From assembly GCF_039654945.1 (NCBI RefSeq), contig NW_027361679.1, positions 81,530,001-81,594,000 of the forward strand: a stretch of DNA of 64,000 bases, written 5' to 3'. The notes beneath the pieces are model-generated. The model ran no database searches, was not told where the DNA came from, and worked only from the letters and a program-made list of their open reading frames with translations. Below, in pieces: positions 36,173 through 49,390 of the stretch (the stretch's first letter is position 1; every line of letters starts with the position of its first letter). A program made the position numbers and the translations under genes. This stretch comes from Dendrobates tinctorius. Taxonomy: Eukaryota.

Positions 36173-37933
36173 CATAGATGACTCTCAATTACTAACCTGT
36201 GAGCTTGAGGTTGCCTGACAATAGAAAGGTGACATTAACCCCACAATTATGAACAACACTTGCCCCCACTACAGGGCAAGTAGGAAGAGCAAGGCTAAGC
36301 ACCAGATTTGGCACAAGTTATATCTCGCACGTTCAGTATTTAGTCAGTATTTTACCTCAGTATTTATAAGCCAAAACCACGAGTGGGAGAAAAATACATA
36401 AGTGGTGACGTGTTTCTAATATACTTTTTCCTCTGTTTTCCTCCAAGTTTTAGCTCACAAATACTGAGGTAAAAATACTGACCAAATAGCATGTGAATGA
36501 GGCCTAGGGGCATGTTTCCACGGTCAGAATTGCTGCGGATTGGACGCTGAGTACAGCTGCAGCATCCAATCCGCAGCTTCCAGATGTTACAGCATAGTGG
36601 AGAGGATTTTATGAAATCCCATCTCCACTATGCGTGCACGGCCACTTCCGGCGTCCCTGTGTAACCAGACATGCGGCACGTCTTTATCGCTTCATTGGGG
36701 GACAGATTACCATGGGGTGTATGCTGCTGCTGCTGGGAGGCTGACACTATGCAAAAAAAGGAAAATTGGCTCCTCCCCGGCCGTATACACCCACCGACAG
36801 GCACCAAGTACCTCAGTTTGTGCTTGGTGTCTGTAGGAGGCGGACCGAGATATCCGCAGATAACTATTCCTTTTTCCCTTTTAGACTTTTAGTTTTGTGT
36901 ATAAACCTTTTTCCCATTTATTTTTCAGATTTAGCTTCAGGAAAGAGGGGGTAAATGTTCACCCTGCTTTCCCTTATCAGACGGCTGAGCGTGCAATGTG
37001 GTGTTGCCCATATCGCAACTCTCAGGACCACAGGCAGGACCTTTTCCCTATCGCCTTCAGATGCTACGGGCTGACAGGTGGCCGGTCCCAGCCGATTCCC
37101 CTCCTCACCCCTCTCCCGGGACAGGGCTGAGAGGAAGACGATGGTCACCGGCGGTGACTTTCCCTTTCTGACAAAGGGTTGGCGCTGTCTTCTGCACTAT
37201 TCAGACATGGTGCAGGCACAGAGGATCTTCATTCCCAGCGGCCTCCCCTCAACGTGGGCCCCTGCGGTCATCCTCTTCAGGGAAGCATGTGGACGTCGGG
37301 TAATAAGTCTGAACGCTCCCACCAGTCCCGTGCTCGCCCCACATGGAAGTCATTGAGGTCGGCACCGCTGATAGCCGACTATGCCCACTTTCCTCTTGAA
37401 ATTCCCTCTCGTTTTTTGCAGGCGCACGCCTCTCAGTGGTTCCCCATCCTCCTACCTGCCTCATTTCTGTGGCGTCACGGGCACCGTGTGCATATCTTGT
37501 GGATGAGAGACTTCGGGGGTGGAAACCGGCACAGCGTTTCTACTTTCACTTAGGGTTTCCCCGCCTGTTCACGCCCCCTGCTTTGCGCGCGCTCTGTTAA
37601 TGCCTTTCTTAGCCCATCACAGAGCTACTTTCTTTTCGTAGCTTTTCAGCTCTCCTTATCCGCGCCCCCCGCAGTCTACAGCCAATCACGCAGCACGTCC
37701 GCTAAGCACCGCCCACCTCTAAGGTCCTGCGCCTCTCTGGGACCTCGTGTGCGACTCTCCACGGATCTCCGCTTGGGGGACACATCTGCTGTCTTCTGCC
37801 CATCAGATTAGCGTGGTCACGGTAGGCTCTTCTCATATTCATGAGGCCCTAATTAGCTTCCCTCGGCAGTACCCTCTCACTCCCTGCATTACTGACTCGG
37901 GTAAGTGCTGCTATAATACTGCAGTCTTTACAT

Positions 37934-39295
37934 ATGCCCAACCCTCCAAGGGCTCCCTTTCCTAGACCTACCGCTACTCACTACGCCTGCACGCGCTGTA
38001 AAAAGTGGGCGTCAGGTCAGTCTTCTCCCTTCTTCCTGTCCTGCAGTCCTTCCACTATGTCTGCACCACAGGAACACCCCGAACGATTACCTCAGCTATC
38101 TACAGCCACCTGTGTGCCGACCGCCTCTCACGGTGAGTCGCCTGCACCTCACCGCGACCTCCAGAGGGACAGACCGGGTAGGAGTTCTAGGAAGCGGGCT
38201 CTTTCTGGCTCTTCTTCCAGCTCGCAAAGTCCTTCCGCTCCGCCCAGGCTACTTGCTTTGTCTCCTTCCTCAGAAGACGACCTTGGGTCAGACAATTATT
38301 CCCAATCGGGATCTGACTCGGAGGCAGACAACATGTCTAAAACACAGGACATGGTAGATGGTCTCATAGCTATTTTCCAAACACGCAAAATAAAGGAAGA
38401 TAAGGCACCCCTTCAGGAATGCTCTGTTCCCTTTAAACGAGCAAAACCTCCCTCCCGAACGTTTCCTAATCACAAGGAGTTCTACTACTTTAACCAAACA
38501 ATGGGAACACCCTGAGAAGCATTTCTCAGGCCGCAGGTACTTAGACATCCTATATCCCTTTGATACAGATCATCTCACAAAATGGACAAAAGCTTCCGAA
38601 GTGGATCCGCCAGTTTCCCATCTTTCCTCTAAGATGGTTCTATCCCTTCCGGACGGGGCATCTCTTAAAGATCCAACAGACAGGCAGAATCGCTGGCTGA
38701 ATCAATTTTTGAGGCATCCGGCGCCTCTCTGCCCTATTTTCGCATCCGCCTGGGTGGCTAAAGTCTTTTCAGCTTGGGCAAAAATTCTTTGCAAAGGCAT
38801 CTTGGCGTCAGCTCCTCAGGACAAGCTGGCAGATTTAGCAGACCAAATTAATGATGCGGGTAAATACCTCTTGGCCGCCTCCTTGGATGCGGCTGGGTGC
38901 GCAGCAAGAGCTAACAGCAACATAGTAGCCATACGCTGTATCCTTTGGTTGAAGGCATGGAGTGCGGACAACACCTCTAAAAGTCTCTCACCAACCTGCC
39001 ATTTCACGGTTCTAGGCTCTTTGGTACCAAGCTGGATTAGATAATTTCTGATGCCACCGGGGGTAAAAGTACCTCTCTTCCCCAGTCTCGGCCTAGACGG
39101 TTTTTCAACAGAAAACCTTCTCTGCCGTTTAGGTCCTTTCGTCCCTTCTCTTCTGCGGAAGGATCATCCCAGCAGGACCGGCCCTCTACCTCTGGTGAAC
39201 GGAGAAAACCATCGTATAAACCCGCACACCGCTGGAGATCAAGAGGCCGACCCTCGAGGTCGTCAGGCTCCCTCTCTGGTAGATTTTCCTCCGTG
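37934..39295 (+). pseudogene. DIRS #1 ORF1 (gag-like), frameshifted
   Basis: CxxC motif, Ser-rich region, VDPPVSHLS..LKDPTDR, LWLKAWSAD. Confidence 0.75.
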
Positions 39296-41030
39296 ACGGG
39301 TCACCCCCACCTGGAAGTTCTACCAGGGTGGGAGGCAGACTTTCTTCTTTCATGGACACGTGGCTGGCTGTTGTCGACGACGCTTGGGTCAGGGAAATCA
39401 TCATATCCGGATACAAAATCGAATTTTCTATTCCCCCCCCCCCCCCCTTCCAGAGAGACGCTTCCTCCTGTCTCGACCTCCAAGACGGCAATCTTGGACC
39501 TCAAGTTGCTCAATCGCCACGTGCGGATCCTCCACTTCAAGATGGAGTCCCTGCGCTTGGCGATCGCCTCAATGGAACCTGGAGAGTTCCTCTGCTCTGT
39601 GGACATACAGGATGCCTATCTTCACATCCCTGTTTGCAACATCAGATTTCTTTGTTTTGCGATTCAGGAGAATCATGATCAATTCACGGCCCTTCCCTTT
39701 GGCCTAGCCTCCGCTCCCCTTGTTTTTATGAAGGTGATGGCAAGTCATGGCCATTCTTCGCTCCAGGGGGATCCTCATTATACCTTATCTGGACGATCTG
39801 TTGATCAAGGGCTCGTCCCGCGAAGACTGTCTTCAAAGTCTCCAGATAACTCTGGACACTCTTGCCTGTCTCGGTTGGATATTCAACAGAGAAGTCCACC
39901 CTGCACCCAACTCAGCGTCTGACTTTCTTGGGCATGGAATTCGACACAAATCGAGCCCGGGTGTTTCTTCCAAAGGACAAATTTTCAGCCCTTTGCAAGG
40001 GAGTCCGATCCCTAAAACGGACAGGGCCCAATCCTCTTCGGTCCTGCATGATGGTCCTGGGGAAGATGATAGCTGCCATGGAAGCAGTGCCCTTCGCACA
40101 ATTTCACACTCATCCCTCCTTTCAGCCTGGGACAAGACTTCTGTTGTTCTGGATCACCCCATACTCCTGCCTCTCAGAGTAAGGCAATCCCTTACTTGGT
40201 GGCCAATGCCTGCGTCAGTCCTGCTGGGGAGGTCCTTTCTCCCGCTTCAGTGGCAAGTCATCACCACCGATGCCAGCCTTCTAGGGTGGGTGGGGAGCGG
40301 TTTTCCATTGGAAAACGGCCCAAGGGCACTGGAACGCCCAGGAGACTCTTCTCCCCATCAACCTTCTGGAAATCAGAGCGATCTTCCTTGCCCTCCTCAG
40401 CTGGCACCCTCTCCTCGTGGGCAAACCAGTCCGCATTCAATCAGACAACGCCACAGCCGTGGCGTACATAAACCACCAGGGCGGTACTCACAGCAGACAA
40501 GTAATGGCAGAAGTGGCAAAGATATTGCGTTGGGCATAGCGTTACGTTCCGGCGATCTCCGCCGTTCACATTCCAGGAGTGGAAAATTGGGCAGCTAACT
40601 TCCTAAGTCACCAGGGCCTAGCGTCAGGCGAATGGTCCCTACACCCCACGATCTTCAGTCAGATATGCCAGCTTTGGGGCACCCCGGATGTCGATCTCAT
40701 GTCGTCTCGGATGAACCACAAAGTTCCTCGCTTCGTAGCCAGGTCCAGGGACCCTCTGGCCGTCGGTTGTGACGCCCTGGTAATTCCGTGGTCCCAGTTC
40801 CAACTTCCTCACCTCTTTACTCCCCTTGCCTTGATCCCAAGGGTGGTCAAGAAAATAAAATCAGAAGGCATCCCAGTAATTCTGGTGGCTCCAGACTGGT
40901 CAAGACGACCTTGGTATGCGGAGCTGGTGAACATGCTCACGGACGTTCCCTGGAGGCTTCCTGACCATCCAGATCTTCTCGCAAGGACCCCTTTACCACC
41001 AGAGTTATCAGTCTGAGTTTAACGGCATGG
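39293..41030 (+). pseudogene. DIRS #1 RT / RNase H / methyltransferase-like ORF, frameshifted
   Basis: FKMESL, VDIQDAYLHIP, LPFGLASAP, PYLDDLLI, TTDASLLGW, SDNATAVAYINHQGG, DVDLM, ILVAPDW. Confidence 0.9.
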
Positions 41031-41039
41031 CTGAGGCCG

Positions 41040-42067
41040 CAATTCTGAGTCAGGTTTTTCCAATCAGGTCATTCAGACCATGATCAGAGCTAGAAAACCA
41101 GCCGCCTCCCGCATTTACCATAGGTACTGGAAGGCTTTTTTCCGTTGGTGCAACGATAACAATGTTTTTCCATTGTCGTTCTCCATTCCATCCATACTTG
41201 GCTTCCTCCAGTCTGGCCTAGATGCGGGCCTGTCCCTCAGTAGTCTAAAAGGCCAGGTCTCGGCTCTGTCGATTCTTTTCCAAAGGGATCTGGCCCCCTT
41301 ACCGCAAGTTAAGACCTTTCTCCAGGGAGTCGCCCACGTGGCTCCTCCTCATCATTCTCCGATAGCTCCGTGGGACCTTAATCTCGTTCTCGGCGCTCTC
41401 CAAAATGCGCCTTTCGAGCCTATTCAGGCCATTCCTTTTTCCCTTCTCTCATGGAAGGTAACTTTTCTGATCACCATTACATCCATTAGGAGAGTTGCTG
41501 AATTGGCGGCTTTAGCCTGTCACTCTCTGTACCTAATCCTCCATCAGGATAAGGTCGTTCTCAGGCCCGTTCCCTCCTTCCCAAAGTGGTGTCCTCTTTC
41601 CACATTAATGAGGATATCGTCCTTCCCTCCTTTTTGTCCTGCGCCTTTTCACCCTCTGGAAAAATCGCTCCACAAACTTGATGTGGTGAGAGTCTTGCGT
41701 GTCTATATCTTGCCAGGACCGTTTCTCTTCGTCAATCAGATTCCCTGCTTGTCATCTCTGAAGGTCGCCGGAAAGGGCTTCCGGCATCCAAATCCACTTT
41801 GCTTGCTGGATTCGTTCTACTATACTGGAAGCTTGCCGCCTTCAGGGGAAACAGACCCCTCCGGGAGTGAAAGCCCACTCCACCCGGGCTGTAGGGGCTT
41901 CTTGGGCTGTCCGACACCAGGCTTTGGCTCTACAGCTTTGCAAGGCTGTGACCTGGTCGTCTTTACACACTTTTGCCAGGTTCTTCAAGGTTCATACCCA
42001 GGCCTTGTCTGATGCAGGCTTAGGTAGGAAGGTTCTGCAGGCGGCGGTAGCACCCCGGGCGACCTAA
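41040..42067 (+). pseudogene. DIRS #1 tyrosine recombinase
   Basis: PWDLNLVL, TSIRRVAEL, AHSTRAVGASWA, WSSLHTF. Confidence 0.9.
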
Positions 42068-42667
42068 GCCCTTCCTCCTTGTTCCTTTATTGCTGTTCCC
42101 ACCCTCGGGACTGCTCTGGGACGTCCCATGGTAATCTGTGTCCCCCAATGAAGTGATAAAAGGGGGATTTTTGGGTTCTTACTGCAAAATCTTTCTTGGA
42201 GCCTTCATTGGGGGACACAGCACCCTCCCTGTTTAAGTTGTACCGTGTGGGTCTACGAGGCCCTTGTTGGGTTGGTACACATTTTAAGTGTGGTGTGTTG
42301 TGTGTTTTTTTTTTTTTTTTTTTTTTTTTTTGTTCTGCTTTCTCACCAACTGAGGTACTTGGTGCCTGTCGATGGGTGTATACTGCCGGCAAGGAGCTAA
42401 TTTTCCTTTTTTGCTTAGTGTAAGCCTCCTAGCAGCAGCATACACCCCATGGTAATCTGTCCCCCAATGAAGGCTTCAAGAAAGGTTTTACGGTAAGAAC
42501 CCAAAAATCCCTCTTTTTAGAACGCATGTCTTTCTCTTGCAGATAAAGGAAAAACACTGTATGCACAACTTCAGAAGGTGCTTAAGTAGGGCCCCACACC
42601 ATACATAAATAATAAAGAAAACTTGGCACTTACCTTTCAGAATATTTTTTAATGCAGCCAGAAAATG

Positions 42668-42704
42668 ATAGAAGTTTCAGCCTCACTGGCCTTCATCAGT
42701 AACT
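42668..42704 (-). ncRNA. Hammerhead core in a probable PLE terminal remnant (~42545-42717)
   Basis: Minus strand CTGATGA A GGCC-agtga-GGCT GAAA CTTC; stems I and III are decayed. Confidence 0.55.
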
Positions 42705-42719
42705 ATAAGTGGAGAAAAA

Positions 42720-42723
<4 letters not shown>

Positions 42724-42776
<53 letters not shown>
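42724..42776. repeat. (TA)n microsatellite
   Basis: Direct observation. Confidence 0.95.
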
Positions 42777-42779
<3 letters not shown>

Positions 42780-45700
42780 TTAAAGTGGTAGGCCTCCTTT
42801 TTCATCTTTTTCACTATACCCTCCAATTTATGTATATTTAGTCTGGTGTTCTTGCCTCCGCTTATTTACCTTTTTAGACTATGGTGTCACTTCTATTATC
42901 GCACTGAATGCAATTAACTACTATACTGCAGTCTGGTATCTTTTTTTTTTTTTTTTTTTTTTTTTTTTATTTTTTTTTTTTTTCTATTATACTCTCCTAT
43001 TTACAATATTTTGTGCAATTTAATGGTAGTTTCATGCCACATTAAGCAAATCTGACTGATCAATTCTGACATGACCTTATGTGTAGATATTACTCTGTCA
43101 TTCTAGATTGCCCAATCCTGTATATACTTCATTTTATATATATATTTTTTTTTTTTCGTTGTAATTTTCATTGATATATTTTCATTGTCAATTGCATTCT
43201 GTATATAGAATTTTTTTTTTTTTTTTTTTAACGGTGGTTTAGTCATAGTCCCTCTGTCTGTTTGTGCACAATGTACTGAGCAGGACATCATAGCTCAGTA
43301 CACTAGTGGCCATTCCTAGGTACTGCAGCTAATGTACAGTTCACTTCAAAAGGAGCTCAACTGCAGGCTCAAGAATGGTTGTCACCAAAATGTATGATCT
43401 GTTGCTGTACACTTGGCCACAGCAGGACCTGATAACTGCTGATGGTTGGGGATGCTGGTTGTGGGACCCGCTGCAGTGTATATTAATGACCTATCCTAAG
43501 ATGGAACATAAATGTAAGCGTCTTGGCCAAAGCCTCTTAGGTGGCAGTTATAGGCCAAAACAAGGTTGAATGCTTTTGCAAAACGTTTAGTAAACTGCTA
43601 TATATTATGCAAAAGTGTTCAAAAATTACTATTGGTAATGATGGTTTGACAGTTCAGCTTTTCCTTTCCATGCAATGCTTTGAACACTCAGCAGCAGATG
43701 TCTGTAACACCCTCACCAATGAAGGGAGATGTTTTGGAGCTAGCAGCCGAGGTCGCCAGGCTGAGTGCCACGTAGAATTGTCCACACTGCGTTACTTCGG
43801 CGCTCACTTGCTGCATTCAACTTCCCAGAAATGCCGACAACCTCCCCCTCCTGTAGAATAAACCCCTCGGACAGTACTGACCTTTGCCTAGAGCTTTTGT
43901 GCTAAAATATCTAACTGGGGTTTATTTTTTCTGGTCTTGCATTCTAGTGAAATCCCCCCCCCCCCCCGAATCACATTGTAAGTCTTGTAATATAAAAATG
44001 GAGCTTCTGCTTTCACATTCCTGCTAAAGAAAACTTGGCACTAGATTTGGGCAGCATAAATCAAATCAATGCCTCACTGCATCATTGCACCCAGGTATGT
44101 TCTAGTGTGAAAAGCCAGCAAGAGATTATAGGGAGAGTCCTGACCAGCCTTACTCAGCACTTGCCTAGCTCCTTTCTCCTTATGGACATTAAGTTGCCAC
44201 ACAGGCAGATCTCACCAGTGACATAGCAGGGGTCGGGAGTCGCTACTTACCTGTCAGACGCAGAGATCCTGACGTCGGCGCCACAGGAAGCCCAGAAGGA
44301 AGTGGCTGACGAGAAATGATCCAGGACCTTCTCGCGCGACCAGCGATGAGCCACTGGTCGGAGGTAAGTATCAGACATGGCGATATCGCTGCTACGTCAC
44401 AGTGACGTTACAGCGATATTGCTAGCGATATTGCTATGTGTAACGGGGGCTTAACAGGTAGTACCTCAGCGTGTTAATTGCACATTTGATGGCCAAGTAC
44501 TCATTATCTACAATCACATAGTCCTTTTCACAGAAGCGTTTCCTATAGAACTGGATGTTCACCCCCATCTATTTCCTGAGACAATACAGCTCCCAAACTG
44601 ACCTCGGAGGCGTCCATCTGGACCACAACTTCCTTAGTGAAGTTGGGTGCCACCAAGACCGGCTGTTTGCATAGGGTGAGCTTCCACTCCTGGAACGCCA
44701 CCTTTGCTTCAAAGGACCATTTGGCCATCGATATCTTTGTGCCCTTAAGGTCAGGTGGGAGGCTATCATGGTAAAATTCGGGATATTTTTCCTATTGTAT
44801 CCCACAATTCCCATTAACAACCAAATAGGTTTTCTTGGAGACAGGTTGCAGCCAATTTTGCCTCAATGTTATTTACTTGCAGTTTTGTTTTGCCCCTTTC
44901 TGACGATGTAGCCCAAGTATTTTGCCTCTTCTTTCCCCATGGCGCACATTGGTTTATGATAAACCATGCCTTCCTCAGTACCGCCTGGACTTTCAGCAGG
45001 TGACTTCCCCAATCTGGGCTGAAGATAACTGTTGTCCAGATAAGGCCTATTTTTCCATGGTACATGACGGCACCACGAGAGAGGGGATCCGCCCTACGAG
45101 GACAGGAAACCTTCAAGATAAAAAGGGCGGCTCCTCTCTCCGCATCAGTTGGTTTCCTGTCCTCGATGGGGAACCCTCAAGATGAAAACCTCTTGATGGA
45201 AGAAAGAAGAGGATGCCTGGGTCGGGTGATTAGTGGCAGGCATGGGTCTGCTACACCCGACACCGGGTACCGGTAGTCGCCTCGGGGGCCATATACACCT
45301 ATGCCCCCCCTGAGCGAGAGCATGGCCACAGCCGGGCACATACCCAGGCGAACGGAGGTCAGCGAGGAGGTCCAGGGAGGGCACTGATAGTGTCCCTCCC
45401 TGTTGACATATAGTGGCCATGCAGCCCGGGAGGCACATCAGTGCCCGGGCAGAAGAGCTCCTCGGAGGCCACAGATTGTGTACCCTCCCTGTGAGCACCA
45501 GACACCGGACCCCGCAGCGGAGGTCGTTCCGCACATACCTGCGCCAGAGCAGGGAGATGGGGTCCACCATGCAGGTAAGAGGTGTCCGGGGCTCCCGAAA
45601 TGCAGACGCTCACTTGGCCGGGACGCACCGGGAGGCGCGCGCACTGAGAGCGCGCATCATGGCCAACGAACCGGAAGTGGTGCGGCGACCCGGAAGTAGA

Positions 45701-46340
45701 GCGGCGCGCACGACACCACGGGGCCTGGGAGAAGCAGAAGGTGTGCACGGTCCCGGGAGGGGCACGGAGCACGCATGTGCGCGCACGCACGTCCACACAG
45801 AGGCGCGGCAGGTGCAAGACCAGTTGGTCTAAAAAAAAAAAAAAAAAAAAGGGGCTATTTAAGTTCGCCAGAGAAGGCGAGCAGGCGTCACAGCACCAAT
45901 TTGGAGCAGAAGTAACTGCTTGCAGCATAAGCAGCGTAATGGAGAGCCCTTCGCCAGAGCATTTGCTACCACGCCAGGAAGCGCGCTCGGAGGAGAAAGC
46001 ACGTCGCAGCAGTAGTGTGAGCCACTCGGGCAGCGCACGGGCGGGTCGTCACCGCAGGAAAGAGGGGTCCGTAGTCTCGTTGGGAGACAGTGAAAGGACC
46101 AGCCAACCTCCAGATCCGGTACCCGTTCTATGAAGCGTCCGAGTGGTGAGTGAGCTTCGAGAAAGTCCAGTTATCTAATATCTGTTCTCTTTCTCCTTTT
46201 CTTTCTCCCTCTCCTCCTCCTCCTCTTATATACATTGGCGGGGTGGAGTATAGGACGTCCCTAAGAAATATAGAGGGAAGTCGAAGAATAAGGAATGTGC
46301 CTTATGTAAAAACCCGACAGATGCAGCCTGGAACAAAAAG

Positions 46341-47501
46341 TTGTGCCAGGAATGCATTAACAAAACCATAGCGGAGGAGACACCATCATTTTCGGCTAGT
46401 CTGAGGACCATAATTCAGACAGAAGTTTCAAAATCAGTAAGAGCTTTACAACCTGTAGATACAGAAGGGAAAAATAGGAGAGCAAGCCCCTCAGGGGTCT
46501 CTCAGCAAGACTCTACAGAGTCAGAGGACGACTCAAATAAGTCCCAGTATGTAGGAAGTAGCTCGGACGGGGAAGATACATTTCCAGTAGAAACTACGGA
46601 TGAGCTCATTAAAGCAGTTAGATCTACCATGGGACTAGTAGAAGAACAGACAAAAAAGACAGCCCAAGATCTCATGTTCAGCGGATTGCAAAAGAAAAAA
46701 CGTAAAGCCTTCCCTGTTAACGAGCAACTAAAAGCACTAATAAAACGCGAATGGGAAAAGCCAGAAAGGAAGTCCCAGATAACGAATTCCCTAAAGAGGA
46801 GATACCCCTTTGAGGAGGAAGCATCCTCGTCCTGGGATAGGGCCCCCAAAATTGATGTGGCGATATCAAAGGTCGCCAGAAAATCTTCCCTACCCTTTGA
46901 GGACCTGGGGTTCCTAAAAGAGCCACTGGACCGAAAGGTCGACAATTGCCTTAAATCAGCCTGGGAAACCTCGGCTGGCGCACTAAGACCCGCCATCGCA
47001 GCCACTTGTGTGGCTAGGTCCCTAAAGATATGGACAGACAACTTGGAAGATCAGTTAGAACAAGGAGTTCCCAGGGACATGATTCTGGAATCATTACCGG
47101 CTATTAGAGCGGCGGCGGGCTTTCTTGCAGAGGCGTCAGCAGATTCGGCCAGACTAGCGTCAAAATCAGCAGCCTTAACAAATGTAGGACGGCGGGCGGT
47201 ATGGCTCAAGTGCTGGCCGGGGGACACACAAGCAAAACTGAAGCTTTGTTCTCTACCATGTGAGGGAAATTTCTTATTCGGTCCAGCACTGGATGAAGTA
47301 TTGGAAAAAGCGAGTGACACAAAAAAGAATTTTCCGAAACAACCGTTTCAGGCCTTTCGGCTCTCCTTTCAGAGGGGCCGGAAGTTTAGAAGGCAACAGT
47401 TCAAAGAACGTGACAGAAATAATTCTGACAGACGATACAGAGGAGGGAGAGGCTTCTATTTTAGTAAGCCCCCTAGAGAAGCCAAAAAACCCGGCCAGTG
47501 A
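46341..47501 (+). CDS. DIRS #2 ORF1 (gag-like), 386-aa open frame
   Basis: CxxC knuckles, REWEKP, PKIDVAI, EPLDRKVD, RRAVWLKCW, LFGPALD, basic tail. Confidence 0.8.
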   Translation: MCQECINKTIAEETPSFSASLRTIIQTEVSKSVRALQPVDTEGKNRRASPSGVSQQDSTESEDDSNKSQYVGSSSDGEDTFPVETTDELIKAVRSTMGLVEEQTKKTAQDLMFSGLQKKKRKAFPVNEQLKALIKREWEKPERKSQITNSLKRRYPFEEEASSSWDRAPKIDVAISKVARKSSLPFEDLGFLKEPLDRKVDNCLKSAWETSAGALRPAIAATCVARSLKIWTDNLEDQLEQGVPRDMILESLPAIRAAAGFLAEASADSARLASKSAALTNVGRRAVWLKCWPGDTQAKLKLCSLPCEGNFLFGPALDEVLEKASDTKKNFPKQPFQAFRLSFQRGRKFRRQQFKERDRNNSDRRYRGGRGFYFSKPPREAKKPGQ

Positions 47502-49390
47502 CGGTCCCTCTCAGGTGGGGGGAAGGCTCTCACTTCCTCCCAGCCTGGGAAAGGATCTCATCCAGTACCTGGATCCGACAGATAGTAGGGTCAGGTCTGG
47601 AGTTAAAATTCCACCACTGGCCACCACAAAAATTCATCCAAACTCCGGTACAATCATCCCAAGAAAGACAAGAGTTTAGAGGGGGAGGTGTTATCGCTTA
47701 TACAAAAGCGCGTACTGGAAGAAGTTCCAGAAGGGGAAAAGAGAGAAGGTTTTTACTCCCCCCTATTTCTGATAAAGAAACCAGACGATTCCTGGAGGAC
47801 GATTGTAAACCTGAAAGGCCTCAACAAGTATCTAGTAGTCCCATCGTTCAAAATGGAAACGATAAGGTCTACGGTGAAACTCCTCTTCCCTCGGTGTTAC
47901 ATGTCGGTCCTGGATCTCAAGGACGCTTACTATCATGTCCCGATCCGGCAGCAAGACCGCAAATTTCTCAGGGTGGCAGTCCAGATAAACTCTGTGGCAT
48001 CATTTTCAATACAAGGCTCTGCCCTTTGGGGTAGCAACAGCCCCCCGGGTCTTTACGAAGTTAATTGCGGAGGTCACGGCACATCTCAGAGAAAAAGATG
48101 CTCTAGTAATACCATATCTGGACGACTTCTTGATAGTGGGGAAGGATTTCGCTCACTGTCAGGAACAAGTCAAGACAGTAATAGAGACTCTTCAGACTCT
48201 GGGTTGGCAACTGAACTTCAAAAAATCCAGGTTGGAGCCAACGATGGTCCAGAATTTTTTGGGCCTAACAATAGACTCTGTAATGCAGGAGTGTCGCCTC
48301 CCAGAGGAGAAAGAAGAGAAAATCAAAAACCTAATCAGAACAACGTTAGGAAAGCCAACAATGACGCTGAGGAAAGCCATGTCAGTGTTGGGGTCCCTAA
48401 CCTCCTGCATACCAGCGGTAAAATGGGCCCAACTTCACACAAGGGAACTTCAGTGGTGTGTGTTACAAAACGATCTGACGCTTCAGGGGCAATTGGAACA
48501 GAAGCTTACCATCCCGGATCCTGTACTCCAGTCGCTAAAGTGGTGGCTACAGATAGAGTCCTCTCCGAGGGGAGTACCCTGGACATATGCAGCCTCCAGA
48601 GTAGTCACGACAGATGCCAGTCCCTGGGGCTGGGGAGCCCATCTAGACACCCTGTGGCTTCAAGACCCTTGGGCGCGGGGGGAAAAAGATCTATCCTCAA
48701 ACGAGTGGGAACTACTAGCCATCGAAAGAGCGCTGGAAAGATTACTGACACACCTAAGAGGACATCATGTGAAAGTCCTATCAGACAATCGTACGGCGGT
48801 TGCATACGTAAACCATCAAGGGGGCACTCGTTCTCGGTCTTTGATGGAAATAGCGAAAAGAATCTTGACTCTGGCGGAGCATCAGTTCCTTTCATTATCG
48901 GCCCTGCATATCCGAGGCGCGGACAACCTGAAGGCGGACTTTCTGAGCAGGAACCACTTAGGCACCATTCTCCTTGCTTTAAGAGTCCATTTTTCAGCAA
49001 GTTGTGCAGAGGTGGGGAAAACCCATAATAGATCTCTTCGCCTCAAAAACCAACAGGAAAGTTCAAAAATTCTGCTCCCTAAGACCAGCAGACATGCCAC
49101 TGGCAGTAGACGCCTTCAGAATAAGATGGACATCAGGTCTCCTATACGCCTTCCCTCCAATATGCCTCATTCCATTAGTCCTGAAAAAAATCAGGGAGGA
49201 TCAAGCCAGAGTAATTATGATAGCTCCCTTTTGGCCAAAAAGGCCGTGGTTCTATTGGCTGAGGGTGATGTCAGTGACAGACCCATGGGTGCTCCCAGAG
49301 GATCACGACCTCCTAACACAGGGTCCCTTCAATCATCCTCCGAATTCCAGGCTGCATTTGACAGCCTGGAATTTGAAAGGTCACTGTTAG
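47498..49390 (+). pseudogene. DIRS #2 RT / RNase H / methyltransferase-like ORF with a few frameshifts
   Basis: GFYSPLFLIKK, FKMET, DLKDAYYHVP, PYLDDFLI, TTDASPWGWGA, SDNRTAVAYVNHQGG, IDLFAS, YAFPP. Confidence 0.92.

Larger units (their letters stand above)
36682..42516 (+). mobile_element. DIRS1-like tyrosine-recombinase retrotransposon #1 (decayed)
   Basis: Inverted terminal repeats (~36690-36820 vs ~42348-42472); internal complementary region ~42125-42220 joining both ends; no TSD. Confidence 0.93.

Noticed and set aside
40579-49390. DNA adenine methyltransferase-like ORFs (40579-41016, 49004-49390) as a novel system
   Set aside because: This domain is an established part of DIRS1-like elements.
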